From Takakia lepidozioides (taxonomy: Eukaryota; Plantae; Bryophyta): DNA of 64,000 bases. Below the pieces are notes generated by a model, which ran no database searches, was not told the DNA's origin, and saw only the letters and a list, made by a program, of their open reading frames with translations. Within the stretch, counting starts at the first letter, position 1; each line of letters starts with the position of its first letter. The DNA lies in NCBI GenBank assembly GCA_030704615.1, contig CM060732.1, positions 35,340,001 through 35,404,000 of the forward strand, written 5' to 3'. Positions 26,860-39,278 of the stretch are shown here, in pieces. A program made the position numbers and the translations under genes.

Positions 26860-27443
26860 TGTCAAGGACGAGAACATGACTGAACAGAAACAAGAAATAA
26901 GACTAGAGATACAAGGCTAGACAAGAAGTCAAGGTCGGCATGGCCGAATGCACGTTGAATAAATAAGAATCAAGACGATCTTTATAATAATGAACAAGAG
27001 TACAAGATATTGGAACACGACTTGAATACTGGAATGCTGGAAACTGGACTGGAGTACCAGATACTGGAAACTGGGCTAGGGTACTGGGAACTGGAAATAA
27101 GAGTAGCTTGAACTGGTGTTGGCGAGACTGAAGAGTATCCAGTCTCGCCTCCTATATATACTTGCTACTAAGAAGCTTCCCTAAGAAGCTTCCCCTATGG
27201 AGGTTGCTTGCTGGAGAAGTTTCCAAGATTAAACAAAGGTTTTTTGATGGAGAAGCTTCCTTAAACAAATGAGGTATCTTGATGGAGAAGTTTCCTCCAA
27301 AAGAAGCTTCCTGAGTAGTTTCCCAAGTTACTCTTGGTAATTTGGTAAACTCCCGGTAATTTGATAAATAATGGTAAGTCATGGTAACTTGGTAACTTTT
27401 GGTATTTACTCCTGGTAAGTTCCTCTGGGCTATGTCCGTGACA
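26860..27443 (-). repeat. 3' LTR of element A (584 bp, TG...CA)
   Basis: 26860-27160 matches 60753-61053; preceded on the minus strand by a purine-rich PPT (27444-27458). Confidence 0.9.
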
Positions 27444-28079
27444 TCACCCCCCTCCTCTAGCGCCGAGTTCCTCGAGGAGCGGTAAAATCTTGGACTTGCT
27501 TAGAGTTGGAGAAAATCCAAAATCCGACGAATGGTACTTGCCAAGTATTCGGCTTTTCGTTCTTGACTCAAATGATTTATAGGTCCCTGCAACCATCGAT
27601 AGTGTCCAACACCTTGAACTTGGGACCACGCAGTGATTGAGCATTCTGATTTTCGAACTGCCTTCAAACATGATTTTGTTGCCCTCTGGGTCTGAAGCAT
27701 CAACCTCCAACAGAATTATCAGACTTTGAGTAGGCTCCACTTGCCATTGTACGGGGTCCAGACGAGGAAGTACGCGTCGCATTGGTGGCCCATCGTCTCG
27801 AGAGCGTCGGCGTGATGTTGAAGGTCGTGAGAGTCGGAACGGCTGATCTGGTAGCTGGGTAAGCGACAACTCCAATGTATCTGGTTCCTACGACTTCATA
27901 CTTCCAATACAAGATGCAAGAGTGCTGGAAATGTAGCTATATATACTGATGTGTGGTACTTCTCCCTCCTTAGCGTGTATCAGGTAAGTCTTTACCTTGA
28001 AGCTAACTTGGCTGGCATCATCGTTGTGACGTCTTATTGACGTGTAGCTCGGGGCTTAGCTGGATATCGTTGATGAAAC

Positions 28080-29078
28080 TTTTGGACTTTGTCAGATGCA
28101 TTGGCGAGGTTGGATGAAGGTTCTCACGTTCGTTCGATGATGTCGTAGCCTTTCCAATGTACGAAATACTCAAGACGTTTATACTTGATGTGAGAGTCTA
28201 AGACTTCATCGACTTCATACTCAATTTCCTGATTGACTTCGATTGGTGGAGGTGGTATGGAAACTCTTCCTGGAATATTCGATGGATGATACAACTCCAA
28301 TAATGAAACATGAAAGACTGGATGGATGCGCATACTTCGTGGGAGTTCAAGCCGAAAACTGACCGGATTTATTTGTCGAATAATTTTGAATGAGCCCAGA
28401 CGTTGATAATCCAACTTCCTTGATGGTCGCGAGGTTTGTATGTCCTGTCGAAAAAACCACACATGATCTCCGACCTTGAACTGGGATTGGAGTTGGCGAC
28501 GTTGATCTGCATACTCCTTGTATTATTTTTGAGCTTCTGCGAGGTGGAATGTAAGCTCCTTGTGAATCGTAGCAAGATAAGTAGCAAGGTTTTTTGCAGC
28601 AGGGCTTCCAACAGTCTTCATGTGGAAAGGGTTTGCTCGAGGATGATGACCATAATTGGAGAAAAATGGAGTTTGCTGGGTCGAAGAATATATAGTGTTG
28701 TTGTAGGCAAACTCAGCCAATGACAGAAGGTCCGTCCAATTATCTTGGTGATAATTTATCGTACAGCGAAGATACTGCTCTAAAATCTGGTTTACACGTT
28801 CGGTTTGACCATCAGTCTGTGGATGATAGCTGTAGAAAGGTTGATCTTAGTATCTAATATGTGAAATAATCCCCTCTAGAAATTTGATATAAACTATGGT
28901 CATCGATCAGATACGATGTCCTTCAGGAGTCCATGAATGCGGTAGATATTATTGAGGAAGAGTCTTGCAGTTTCCTCGCCGGTAACTGTCTTATTACATG
29001 GAATGAAATGTGTCATCTTCGTAAAACGATCTACAATAACAAGGATTGAATTTGTGGTCTTAGAAATTGGAAGGTCTG
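28080..29078 (-). pseudogene. Element A integrase C-terminal half and chromodomain
   Basis: ILVIVDRFTKM, IVSDR, IHPVFHVSLL, EYEVDEVLDS...YFVHWKGY; contains stops and frameshifts. Confidence 0.9.
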
Positions 29079-29802
29079 TGTCGCGGCCCTTTGCCTTGAG
29101 GGCAGGGGGTCGGGACACATGAGGGGCTGCCCCTGTGGTGGGGGCAGCGGCAGCGATAGGTAAAGGGGGCTGAAGCACCCTTGAGTGCCCAAGGCACTCA
29201 GGGAAGCGGAGTCGCTCACTAGGTGGAGCCCCGCACACCGGGTTGCGGTGGGGGTGGCTCCACAAGGGGTGGTGGTAGCTTAGTGGGACTTAGTGGGGGT
29301 GGCATAGGACTCACCATGGGGGCGGAGACCTTATGGTGGGAGTCGTGGGGAGTCTTGGGACTCATCACGGTCCATAGGGGCCGTGGTGAGCGGGCCAAGA
29401 CTCATTGCGACTCACCACCGGGAATCGAGGGTCTTCGTGGTGGTTCGCCATAAAATGGCATGGCTGGTTGTGAAACCCCGCGGACAGCTACAGAAGTATA
29501 TATAGGGAGTAGTAACCCCGAGAACGGTGCAAGCCCGTTGGTGACCAAAAACTAGTGAGTAAACGAGCGAGCCGGAAAGCGACCAAAAAGTGGGGAGCTG
29601 TTCCGGACTGCCATCTACCAAAGGGAATTCCACTAGGCCCAAATAGGTGGAGGGTCTTTCGGAAGAGCAAAGGGGGACCGTTATGTCCCGGTGAGCAGCC
29701 GAAGCTCCAAGTTGGCCCGGCGGCCGGTTGGGAGTCAGGCGCGCGCATCAAAGCGAGTATCTATGACTTGAGGGGGAGCTTACCGAAGTGAGGTGCGCGA
29801 CA
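29079..29802 (+). repeat. 5' LTR of element B
   Basis: Highly similar to 35339-36072. Confidence 0.92.
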
Positions 29803-29804
29803 CT

Positions 29805-29816
29805 TGGTATCAGAGC
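29805..29816 (+). promoter_or_regulatory. Primer binding site, tRNA-iMet (TGGTATCAGAGC)
   Basis: Canonical plant iMet PBS, 2 nt after the LTR. Confidence 0.92.
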
Positions 29817-29857
29817 TTAGAGTTCAGTACGCGATCGTCCTTGGGATTGGCCTCATC

Positions 29858-32800
29858 ATGGGGTCGGGCAAGCCGAAGCGAAAGCGGAACGGCCCAAAAG
29901 ATGATGATCCCGGTGAGCCCGATGGGGGCGGCGTGTCACCGAGGCGGCCGTTTGAGGAAGCGATGCATGTTTCCAAGAACGAGGCCGCCCAAGAGCGGGA
30001 GGAATCCAAGGAGTCGAAGCCCGAGGAATCCTTGAGAGCTCCGACAAACCAAGAGATGCCTCCCATGCCGACGGCCTTTTGGGAAGGGTTGTTGGCGCAG
30101 TTTGGCGGGACGTTGAAAGACGTGTTGAAGGCGGCTAATGCCACTTCCGCTAAGGCAAAGTTTAAGGTGAAGCCTAAGGAACCCGGCACCTTCGAGGGCG
30201 TCCGAAATCGGAAGGCACTCAACACCTGGCTCTTGGAGCTAGAGCAGTACTTCCGGGCGGCCAAGTTGAGTGACGAGGATCGGGTGGAAGTGGCTCCCAC
30301 CTATTTGAGGGGCTATGCTCAACAATGGTGGCAGAAACGCCTTCACGACCGAGGTCCAAGCCCGGAAACCTTGAACTGGAGTGGGTTCAAGGAATTGATG
30401 AAGAGACAGTTTGTGCCCCTCAACGCGTCCTGGCTGCCCGGGACAAGATGAGGAATTTGAAGCAAACAGATGACATTCGGGGATATGTCCAGGCTTTCAA
30501 TGTGCTGTTGCTCAAAGTCGCGGACATGGCAGAACCAGAAATGGTCTTCAACTTTGTGGCGGGACTGGCCCCATGGGCCAGGCGGAAGTTGGAGGAGAAG
30601 CCACCCAAGACTTTGAACGAGGCTATTGAGAGGGCTGAATGTTTCTCAGATGTCCCTAGGGGTGAAAGACAAGGCCGTACGGAGCTGAACCACAAGAAGA
30701 TTCGGCGGGAAGGTGACTCCTTCCGACCGGAAAAGAAGTGGGATAGGCCACGCGGCAAAATGGCACGTGGAAATCGAAGGGAGGGCCTTCACACGTCAAG
30801 GCGGCACCCGGTGCTTCGAAAGGAAAAGCGGGTGGAGCGGCTTATGGCGGACAGAAGGCGACCTTTGATGGAGTGTGTTTCAATTGCGGGGAGCCCGGGC
30901 ACATGGCCAAGAAGTGCACGAAGCCCCGGCAATTGAACATGACTCGGGCGACCACGGAGCTGTCGGAAGATACCATCAGTCGCTTGGTGGAAGCGGTGGT
31001 CGCCAGGACTTGCAAGGTAGGCAAATTTTCTTGTGAGTTGTATCAGGAAACTGGCGCCTTACGAAAAGGGAGTCAGTTATTGTTCGTGGATGGGATAATA
31101 TCCGGAACTAATGTGTCGTTGTTGGTGGACACAGGAGCGTCGCACTCCTTCATGACACCGGCAACGGCACAAAAGCTGGGACTCCGACAAGTGACGTGCG
31201 GGCCTCTATTGAGGTGCGTTCTGCCAAAGGAGAACCACAGTTGGCGACAAGGTTGGCGATTGATGTTCCCTTCAACTGGGGAGTTGGGAGGGACGTGAGA
31301 ACTTCACCATCTGCGAGATCGATGGAGTGGATCTCATTTTGGGGATGACCTTTTTGAGCAAATCCGGAGCGGTCATAGATGGCCGCAAGAGAGTAGTCAC
31401 GCTGCCATGTGGGAATGGTGGCGAGGTTTTACAAGTGTCAGAAACGCCCAAATCCGTGGGAGGGCGAATAAACCTTCTGTCAGCAAAGGAGTGGGCCGTG
31501 GAGGAGGCACACGAGCCCCAGTTTTGCTTTACATTAGAGAAGTGAAAGGAGAAGGCGATGGGGAGCCGAGCCCAGATTGGATCAAGGGGATTTTGGAGAA
31601 ATACCAGGATGTGATGCCGGAGGATTTACCAAGCGGCTTGCCACCGCGAAGAGGAGTTGACCACAAGATTGAGGTGATACCGGGATCGAAACCGCCTGCC
31701 AAGGCGCCCTACCGGTTGAGCCACAGAGTTGGTCGAGCTGAAGACTCAGCTCAAGGATCTAATGTCAAAGGGGTACATCCGGCCGAGTAAGTCACCTTAC
31801 GGAGCCCCGGTGCTATTTGCAGACAAGAAGGATGGGACGCTGCGGATGTGTGTCGATTACAGGGCTCTGAATAAGGTGACTATCAAAAACCGATACCCTT
31901 TGCCAAGGATCGACGACCTCTTCGATCGGTTGGCAGGAGCGAAGTATTTCAGCCGGATCGACTTGCGCTCCGGCTATCACCAAATTCGGGTGGCGGAAGG
32001 AGATGAGGAGAAGACCGCGTGCAGGACAAGGTATGGTTCATATGAGTTCTTGGTGATGCCTTTTGGGCTCACCAATGCACCAGCGACATTTAGCACGCTG
32101 ATGAACAGCCTTTTCCAGGAGTGGTTGGATGACTTTGTGATCGTGTTACATCGACGACATCTTGGTGTACTCGAAAACAAAGGAGGAGCACCTGGAGCAC
32201 CTCAAAAGGGTGTTCCAAAAATTGCGGGAGGGAAGCTGTATGCCAAAGCTTCAAAGTGCGAATTCGGGTCACAAAAGTGGAGTTCTTGGGGCATGTGATT
32301 ACACAGGATGGGATCAAAATGGATGACAGAAAGGTGAGGGGCGATCTTGGACTGGGAGCCTCCGACTTCGGTCCCGGGAGTGCGATCCTTCCTAGGACTC
32401 GCCTCCTATTACCGGAAGTATGTGAGAAATTTCGCCAAGATCGCGGGGCCGCTGTCGGACCTTCTGTGTAAATCCAAAGTCTGGGTATGGAACACATTTT
32501 GTGGCCAAGCTTTTGCTGAATTGAAAGCAGCGGATGACGGAAGCTCCAGTCTTGAAAATCCGGAGTTCGATCGTCCGTTTGAGATTCATACAGATGCATC
32601 GGACTTCGCGATTGGGGGTGTACTTATGCAAGATGGACGTCCAGTGGCTTACGAAAGTAAGAAACTGAATGAAGTGGAGCGACGGTGGCGCCGACGCACG
32701 AAAAAGAGATGAAGGCGGTGGTGCATTGCCTTGAGCTCTGGCGCCACTATGTTGGTTCCAACCCAGTGAAGGTGTTCACGGACAATGTCACGGTGAAGTA

Positions 32801-34418
32801 TTTTGCCACGCAGCCCAAGTTGTCCCCAAAACAACTTAGGTGGCAAGATACTTTGGCAGTGTTCGACGTGGATATCCAGTACAAACCGGGACGAGACAAT
32901 GTGGTGGCCGATGCTTTAAGTAGAAAAGCAGCAGCTCTTGTTGGTGTACAAGGGCGAGACGGGCTCCAAAGGAAGATCCGGAAGGCTTGCCGGAAGGATG
33001 AGCTGGCAAAGTCCGTGATGCAGGACTTGAGAATGGGGGTTAAATCGCAGTTCCACTTGCAAAATGGACTGCTCCGGTATAAGCAAAAGCGTCTCTACGC
33101 TGCCGAAGGGAGGGATCAGAGATAGTCTCTTGAGAGAATGCCATGATAGCCCGCTTGCGGGCCACGGTGGAGCAAGCGCACTGCGGCACTCTTGAAGAAA
33201 GAGTATTTCTGGCCAAACTGAGGGAGGAGCAGAGGAGTATGTCAAGACATGCACCACATGCCAACAAAACCGGAGCGAGTACACAAAAGCAAGCGGGGCT
33301 GTTACAACCCTTGCCGATTCCAGAGGGGACTTGGAAAGCGTCTCGATGGATTTCATGACTGCTATGCCGCTGTCAAAAGGATTCGATGCAATCATGGTGG
33401 TGGTAGATAGGTTCAGTAAAATGGGCCATTTCATCCCCACCAAGGAGACGGCAACGGCGCAGGAGACAGGGCGACTTTACTTCGCCCACGTCTTAAAGCA
33501 TCATGGAGTCCCGAAGGATATTGTCTCGGACCGCGATCCAAAGTTTACGAGTAAATTCTGGAGAGCACTTTGGAAGAAGATGGGGACGAGGCTGAAGATG
33601 AGCACTGCCTTCCGACCTATGACCGACGGCCAAACAGAAAGGGTGAATTCCGTAGTGAAGCAGATCTTGCGGAATTACGTGTCGGCATACCAAACAGACT
33701 GGGTGGAACACTTAGACGCGGCAGAGTTCTGTTATAATAACACAGAACACTCCGCAACGGGAGTTTCCCCTTTCGTATTGTCTATGGAAAAGCACCTCTG
33801 GTGCCGACAAGTTGGGCCGCCCAGGACGTTGAGGAACCGGCAGTAGCGGCGGTACTGGAAGAACGCGAGCGTTTGTTGAAGCTCGCAAAGTACAACATTG
33901 CCAAAGCTAGGAAACGGTATGAAAGGCAGGCGAATCGGAAGCGGAGGGAAGTGAAGTTTGACAGGCACGCGAGGTCTGGTTGAACATCAAGAATTTCCGA
34001 CTACCTCCGGAAGTGAGTCCGAAGTTCGTACCTCCGTATGCGGGACTCTTTTCGCATTCGGAAGGTTATGAATGAGGATGTGTATGAATTGGAGCTGCCG
34101 GCAAACAACAAGGTGCACCCAGTATTCCATGTCTCCCTTTTGAAGCCTTACTTCAAAGATGACGCACGTCCGAATCGGCATCAAGTGTTGCGTCCGCCAC
34201 CTATGCTGTTGGATCATGAAAATGAACCTGAGTACGAGGTGGAGGCAATACTTAAGTCGAGGAGGTTCAAGAACCGAGAAACGGAGTATCTCGTCAAATG
34301 GAAGGGCTATCATCATGTGGAGGCATCTTGGGTGCGTGCCTCAGGAAATGGGAAACGCATCCGAGGCGTCGATGCCAGCGTTCGAAGGGCGACCTCAAAA
34401 AAGCGGAAGAAACGTTGA
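29858..34418 (+). pseudogene. Element B gag-pol (gag, CCHC, protease, RT, RNase H, integrase, chromodomain), frameshifted
   Basis: [74 protein letters not shown]...YLVKWKGY. Confidence 0.92.
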
Positions 34419-35338
34419 TGGGGACATCAACCTTGGAGCGTGGGGGAGGAAATGCATTGCTTAGCCCGGTTTAGCTAGCTTAGGAATCCAATTGCAAAAA
34501 CTTGTATTGTACAAAAATTTGTTATAAAAGAAATGGGTTCCAAATATTGTGCTACCTATTGTGTTTGGAATGGTGATGCATGGTGTGGTTGGCTAGTGTG
34601 TAGAATGCATGCTAGCTTACAAAAGTGGGAGAGGTAAATTGGGTTAATTGTGTGTTTGCGCAGTGCCGAAATCGGGTGACTCCCATCCAAAGGGCAATGA
34701 AACTTGCGCCTTCTTTGGGAGTTCACGTGCTAGTGCGCACCTTGGCGCGTGCGCGTACTATAACTGCCGCTACCGAGGGGGTTGCCTTGTAGTGCGGGCT
34801 AACGCGGAAGCTACGTGCTTCCGTTCACGTACTATAATCGTCGTGTAGCCTCGGGACGAAATCGTAGTGCGGCTTCGGCGCTTTCGGCGTGTTTCCGTAC
34901 CTCAGGCCCAGCTTCCAAGTGGACCCAATTGTCTTTTGATTGGGGCGCACGGTTGGTTCAAGGTTATCTTCCTAGTCAAAGAGGGTTCCAGATGAACCCT
35001 TGCTCAAGGTGATGCCAAAAGCGCCATCATGAGCGATCGCAAGCAATGTTGTTGCAGTAAGGCGATTCGATCCTCGAGGAGGATCGTTCCTTGGCCTTGA
35101 AGTAGGCCAAGAAGAGTGCACTGGGAGGAGCTGAGAGGCCCACCCTTGGCCGAGACTTTGGAGGAAGTCGGCCGAACTAGCTAGTGAGAGAGTAGAGTCA
35201 AGTGTGGGGTTTGGTTCTTTGCCATGGGACGCCATGGTACAGAAACAAACTCCTTGATGTGGGACACACAACTTGGATGTTCGTTTCTACAAAATGGACA
35301 AGTCGATGAGGACATCGACTCCCTGTTGGTAGGGTGTG

Positions 35339-36072
35339 TGTCGCGGCCCTTTGCTTGAGGCAGGGGGTCGGGACACATGAGGGGCTGCCCCTGTGGTGGG
35401 GGCAGCGCGCAGCGATAGGTAAAGGGGGCTGAAGCACCCTTGAGTGCCCAAGGCACTCAGGGAAGCGGAGTCGCTCACTAGGTGGAGCCCCGCACACACG
35501 GGTTGCGGTGGGGGTGGCTCACACAAGGGGTGGTGGTAGCTTATGGGACTTAGTGGGGTGGCATAGGACTCACCATGGGGCGGAGACCTCGTGGTGGGAG
35601 TCGTGGGAGTCTTGGGACTTCATCACGGTTCCATAGGGGCCGTGGTGAGCGGGCCAAGACTTACCGCGACTCACCACTGGAAATCGAGGGTCTTCGTGGT
35701 GGTTCGCCATAAAATGACATGGCTGGTTGTGCCACCCCGCGGACAGCTACAGAAGTATATATAGGGAGTAACCCCGCCGAGAACGGTGCAAGCCCGTTGA
35801 TGACCAAAAACTAGTGAGTAAGCGAGCGACCGGGAAAGCGACCAAAGAGTGGGGAGCTGTTCCGGACTGCCATCTACCAAAGGGAATTCCACTAGGCCCA
35901 ATAGGTGGAGAGGTCTTTCGGAAGAGCAAAGGGGGACCCGTTATGTCCCGGTGAGCAGCCGAAACTCCAAGTTGCGCCGCGGCCGGGTTCAGGGGAGTCA
36001 GGCGCGCGCGCATCACAAGCGAGATATCCTATGACTTGAGGGGGGAGCTTTACCGAAGTGAGGTGCGCGACA
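35339..36072 (+). repeat. 3' LTR of element B
   Basis: Highly similar to 29079-29802. Confidence 0.92.
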
Positions 36073-38961
36073 CGTAATAAAGTCCATAGACACGAACGAC
36101 CATGGACCCTTGGGAATGGGTAATGGTTGAAGAAGGCCGTAAGGTCGATGTCGTGGTCCCTTCGCTCTAGCACACGTGTCGCAAGATTTTATAAATTCTT
36201 TCACGAGTTTCCACATCTACGGCCACCAATAGTCTCTGGATATCAATTCCATTGTTTTGTTGAAGCCGAAATGTCCTGCAGCCGGAAGATCATGACAAGA
36301 AGAATTCGAAGTCAGTAGGTCGTGGAGGTACATAGAGAAGTCCCTTGAAATAAAGTAAGTCATCTTTGAACTCGAAGTCGTTTGTAACATGTGGGTTGTC
36401 TCGAGGTCGATTTAGTTGACTTCGTAGTGTCATAGCGAATTGGTCGCTCTTCAGTGCTTCCTGAATCTCCTTTATGATCTCGGCATCGTCATAGGTGGAC
36501 ATGAATAGCATATTCAATTGGAGATTTGCTGGTTTCAAGATGATGGATTTCTGTTGGTCAAAAGTTGCATCCCTTTCCTTTGGCGCAAGATACGATTGTC
36601 GAGAAAGAGCATCTGGTTTTCCTTGAAGATATCCAGGACGGTAGGTAATAACAAAATCAAACCTTGCTAGTGACATACTTCATCTCACTTGACGTCGATT
36701 CAAACACCGAGCACGCATAAAATATTCGAGGTTTTTATGATCGGTATAGACAATGACCTGATGTTTAGCTCCCTCCAATAGATAACGTCACTCCTCAAAA
36801 GCATCGATAATCGCTAGAAGTTCTTTGTCATGGATTTCATAATTGATCTCCGCAGCGGAAAATTTGCGAGAACGAAAACCAACAGGGTGGAGTCGGCCAT
36901 CTGTACCGTATTGTGAGAGTACCGCGCCAAGTGCAAAGTCCGATGCATCTGCTTCTAAGAAGAATTATTTAGATGGGTCTGCATGTACCAGTATTGGAGC
37001 CGTTGTAAATGCCTGCTTCAGCCTTTCAAATGCCTGCTCAGCCTTATCGTCCCATACAAATTTGTCCTTCCCTGTGAGTCATGTCAATGGTGCAGCAATT
37101 TTGGAGTAGTCATTGATGAAGATTCTATATAAATTTGTAAAACCCAGAAAACATTGTACATCTCGGACCGAAGTTGGTTTAATCCACTCGATGATGGTTT
37201 GTATTTTCTTCTGATCCATAAAGACGTCTTTGTCGGAAATAATGTAGCCCAGAAATTCGACCTCAGATTGATGGAAAAGACATTTCTCCAACTTGACACT
37301 ATAGTCATTTTTCTCTTAATTTATCAAGGACAAGGCGTACATGGCGACCATGTTCTTCTTCGTTCTGTGAAAATATCAAAATGTCGTCCAAATATATGAC
37401 TACAAAGTCATCTAAAAATTCTCGAAAGATGTCATTCATCATATGTTGGAAAATTGCTGGAGCATTTGTAAGACCGAAAGACATAACACTGTATTCAAAA
37501 TGTCCAATTGTTCGAAAGTTGTTTTTCATTCGTCCTTCTTTTTCCGTACAGGTTATAAGCTCCTCTCAAGTCGATTTTGGTGAAAATCTTCATTCGTCCC
37601 AGCTGGTCGAGAAGCCCAGAAATCAGCGACAACGGATAACGATTCTTGATTGTGACTTTGTTGAGACCGCCGCATAGTCGACACACATGCGTAATGATCC
37701 CTCTTTCTATTTCACAAACAAGATAGGTGCCTCCGTGGGTGATTTGGAATGTCGGATAAAGTACTTTGACAAATTTTCATCAATGTATTCGCGTAATGCA
37801 GCCAAGCTCCGTCTGGGATAAGTTATAGATTGGGCCGAATGGTGGTTGGGCTCCTTCTTGTAATTCAATTGCACAGTCATAAGGTCGATGTTCTGGCAAT
37901 ATGTCTGCATTTTTCTTCTCGAAGGAATCTTTGAAATCTTGATATTGAGCGGGTAATGTTGAAGTACCTTTGTCTGTAGTGGTCTTGATCGGAGTCGCAT
38001 AAAGTGCAAATACCGCCCCCTTTTTGGTAGCTCTCATGAAGGCTCTAGCTCCAAGAAACAGGGGTTGAATACCTTTGGTACTTTTGCAATTTTGTCTTGC
38101 CGAAATTTTTCGTGATTGCCAGTCGATGTCAGGATTATGAAGTACAAACCAGGGAAGTCCAAGGATCACAAGATTCATTGGAGACTGGATGACATTGAAA
38201 ACAATCTATGATGCTTGATTTTTAAGCTTCACTTCAAGGGGTCGAGTTTTATGGTCAATATTTCTTGATGCTAACGGTCGTCCATCGATAACTTCAATAG
38301 GGGACGAAAATTTCTTTCTTACGAGCGTTAAATTGTGTTGCTTCGCAAAGTCTTTGTCAATAAAACACGCTGAAGCGCCCGAGTCCAAAAGTGTTTCTAC
38401 GGAGATATCTCGATTTTGCATCCTGATCTTTACTGGAACTGTGAAACAAGATATAGGGTCTGGAGGTAGAAAGAGACCTTTTTTGGGTGAGGAATTTGGG
38501 GTGTCCAGCTGCATGGTCCCTACTGTGACTGGACATCTTCGTTTTCGACCTCCTCGTATCGAACACTTGAGTTGTGCCCCGAGCTTTGAATCTGCTTTTG
38601 TTGGGGCAGTTCAATGCCGTGTGATCATTTTCTCCGCAATAAAGGCATAACCCATTCGAGCGCCGTCTTTGTTTTTCATGTGGCATCAATGGCTTGAATT
38701 AGACAGCATCAATCTGCATAGGATCATTACCGGATGTCTGATGGATCGTTGTATTTGGTGCCGTAGTAGCAGCGGCATGGTGCGTCGTCGACCATCCAAA
38801 TCGCTTCTCTTGACGTCTTTCGAACAAACGATTATCGCATGCAATGACTTGGGTGATGAATTCGTTTAGTGTACTCACGTTTGGCATTATCAGCAACAAA
38901 TTTTTAACATCATCTTTTAGGCCACATCGAAACTGATTAATGAGGCTCTTCTCATTCCAGT
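36073..38961 (-). pseudogene. Element A gag C-terminus, protease, RT, RNase H and integrase N-terminus
   Basis: [50 protein letters not shown]; many disruptions. Confidence 0.9.
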
Positions 38962-39278
38962 TGTCAAGTTATTTTACCACTAGTGTGAAACTAGCTAGGA
39001 AATAGTTAGTTTTTACATATTGACATTTGGGATTGGCCCAAGTGTCAATCCAGGGGTCAAGGCAGATTTAGGCCCTGGAGTGGTTATCTTCACGGCAAGC
39101 GCGGGAGGCTCATCTTTCTCGAGTTGAGCCTCACCGCGCCTAGCTATGGCGCCGTAGTGTGGATTCCCCATGGCGTGGGGTGCACTTGGCTTGACTTGTA
39201 TTTGAGTGATGAGGTTATATATGCATGAGTTTATGCTTCAGATTTGTGAGCTTGTGCTTGTATTCTTCTTCTTTATCA
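38962..39278 (+). repeat. Element C terminal repeat A1 (317 bp)
   Basis: Matches 59601-59917 with about 5 transitions. Confidence 0.92.

Larger units (their letters stand above)
29079..36072 (+). mobile_element. Element B: full-length Galadriel-like chromoviral Gypsy element inserted in the integrase of A
   Basis: LTRs 29079-29802 and 35339-36072 (TGTCGC...GCGACA), tRNA-iMet PBS, complete gag-pol order. The host integrase resumes on both sides. Confidence 0.92.

Noticed and set aside
29070-29078. TSD for element B
   Set aside because: Left (GTCTG) and right (CGTAA) flanks give no clean 4-5 bp duplication, so none is claimed.
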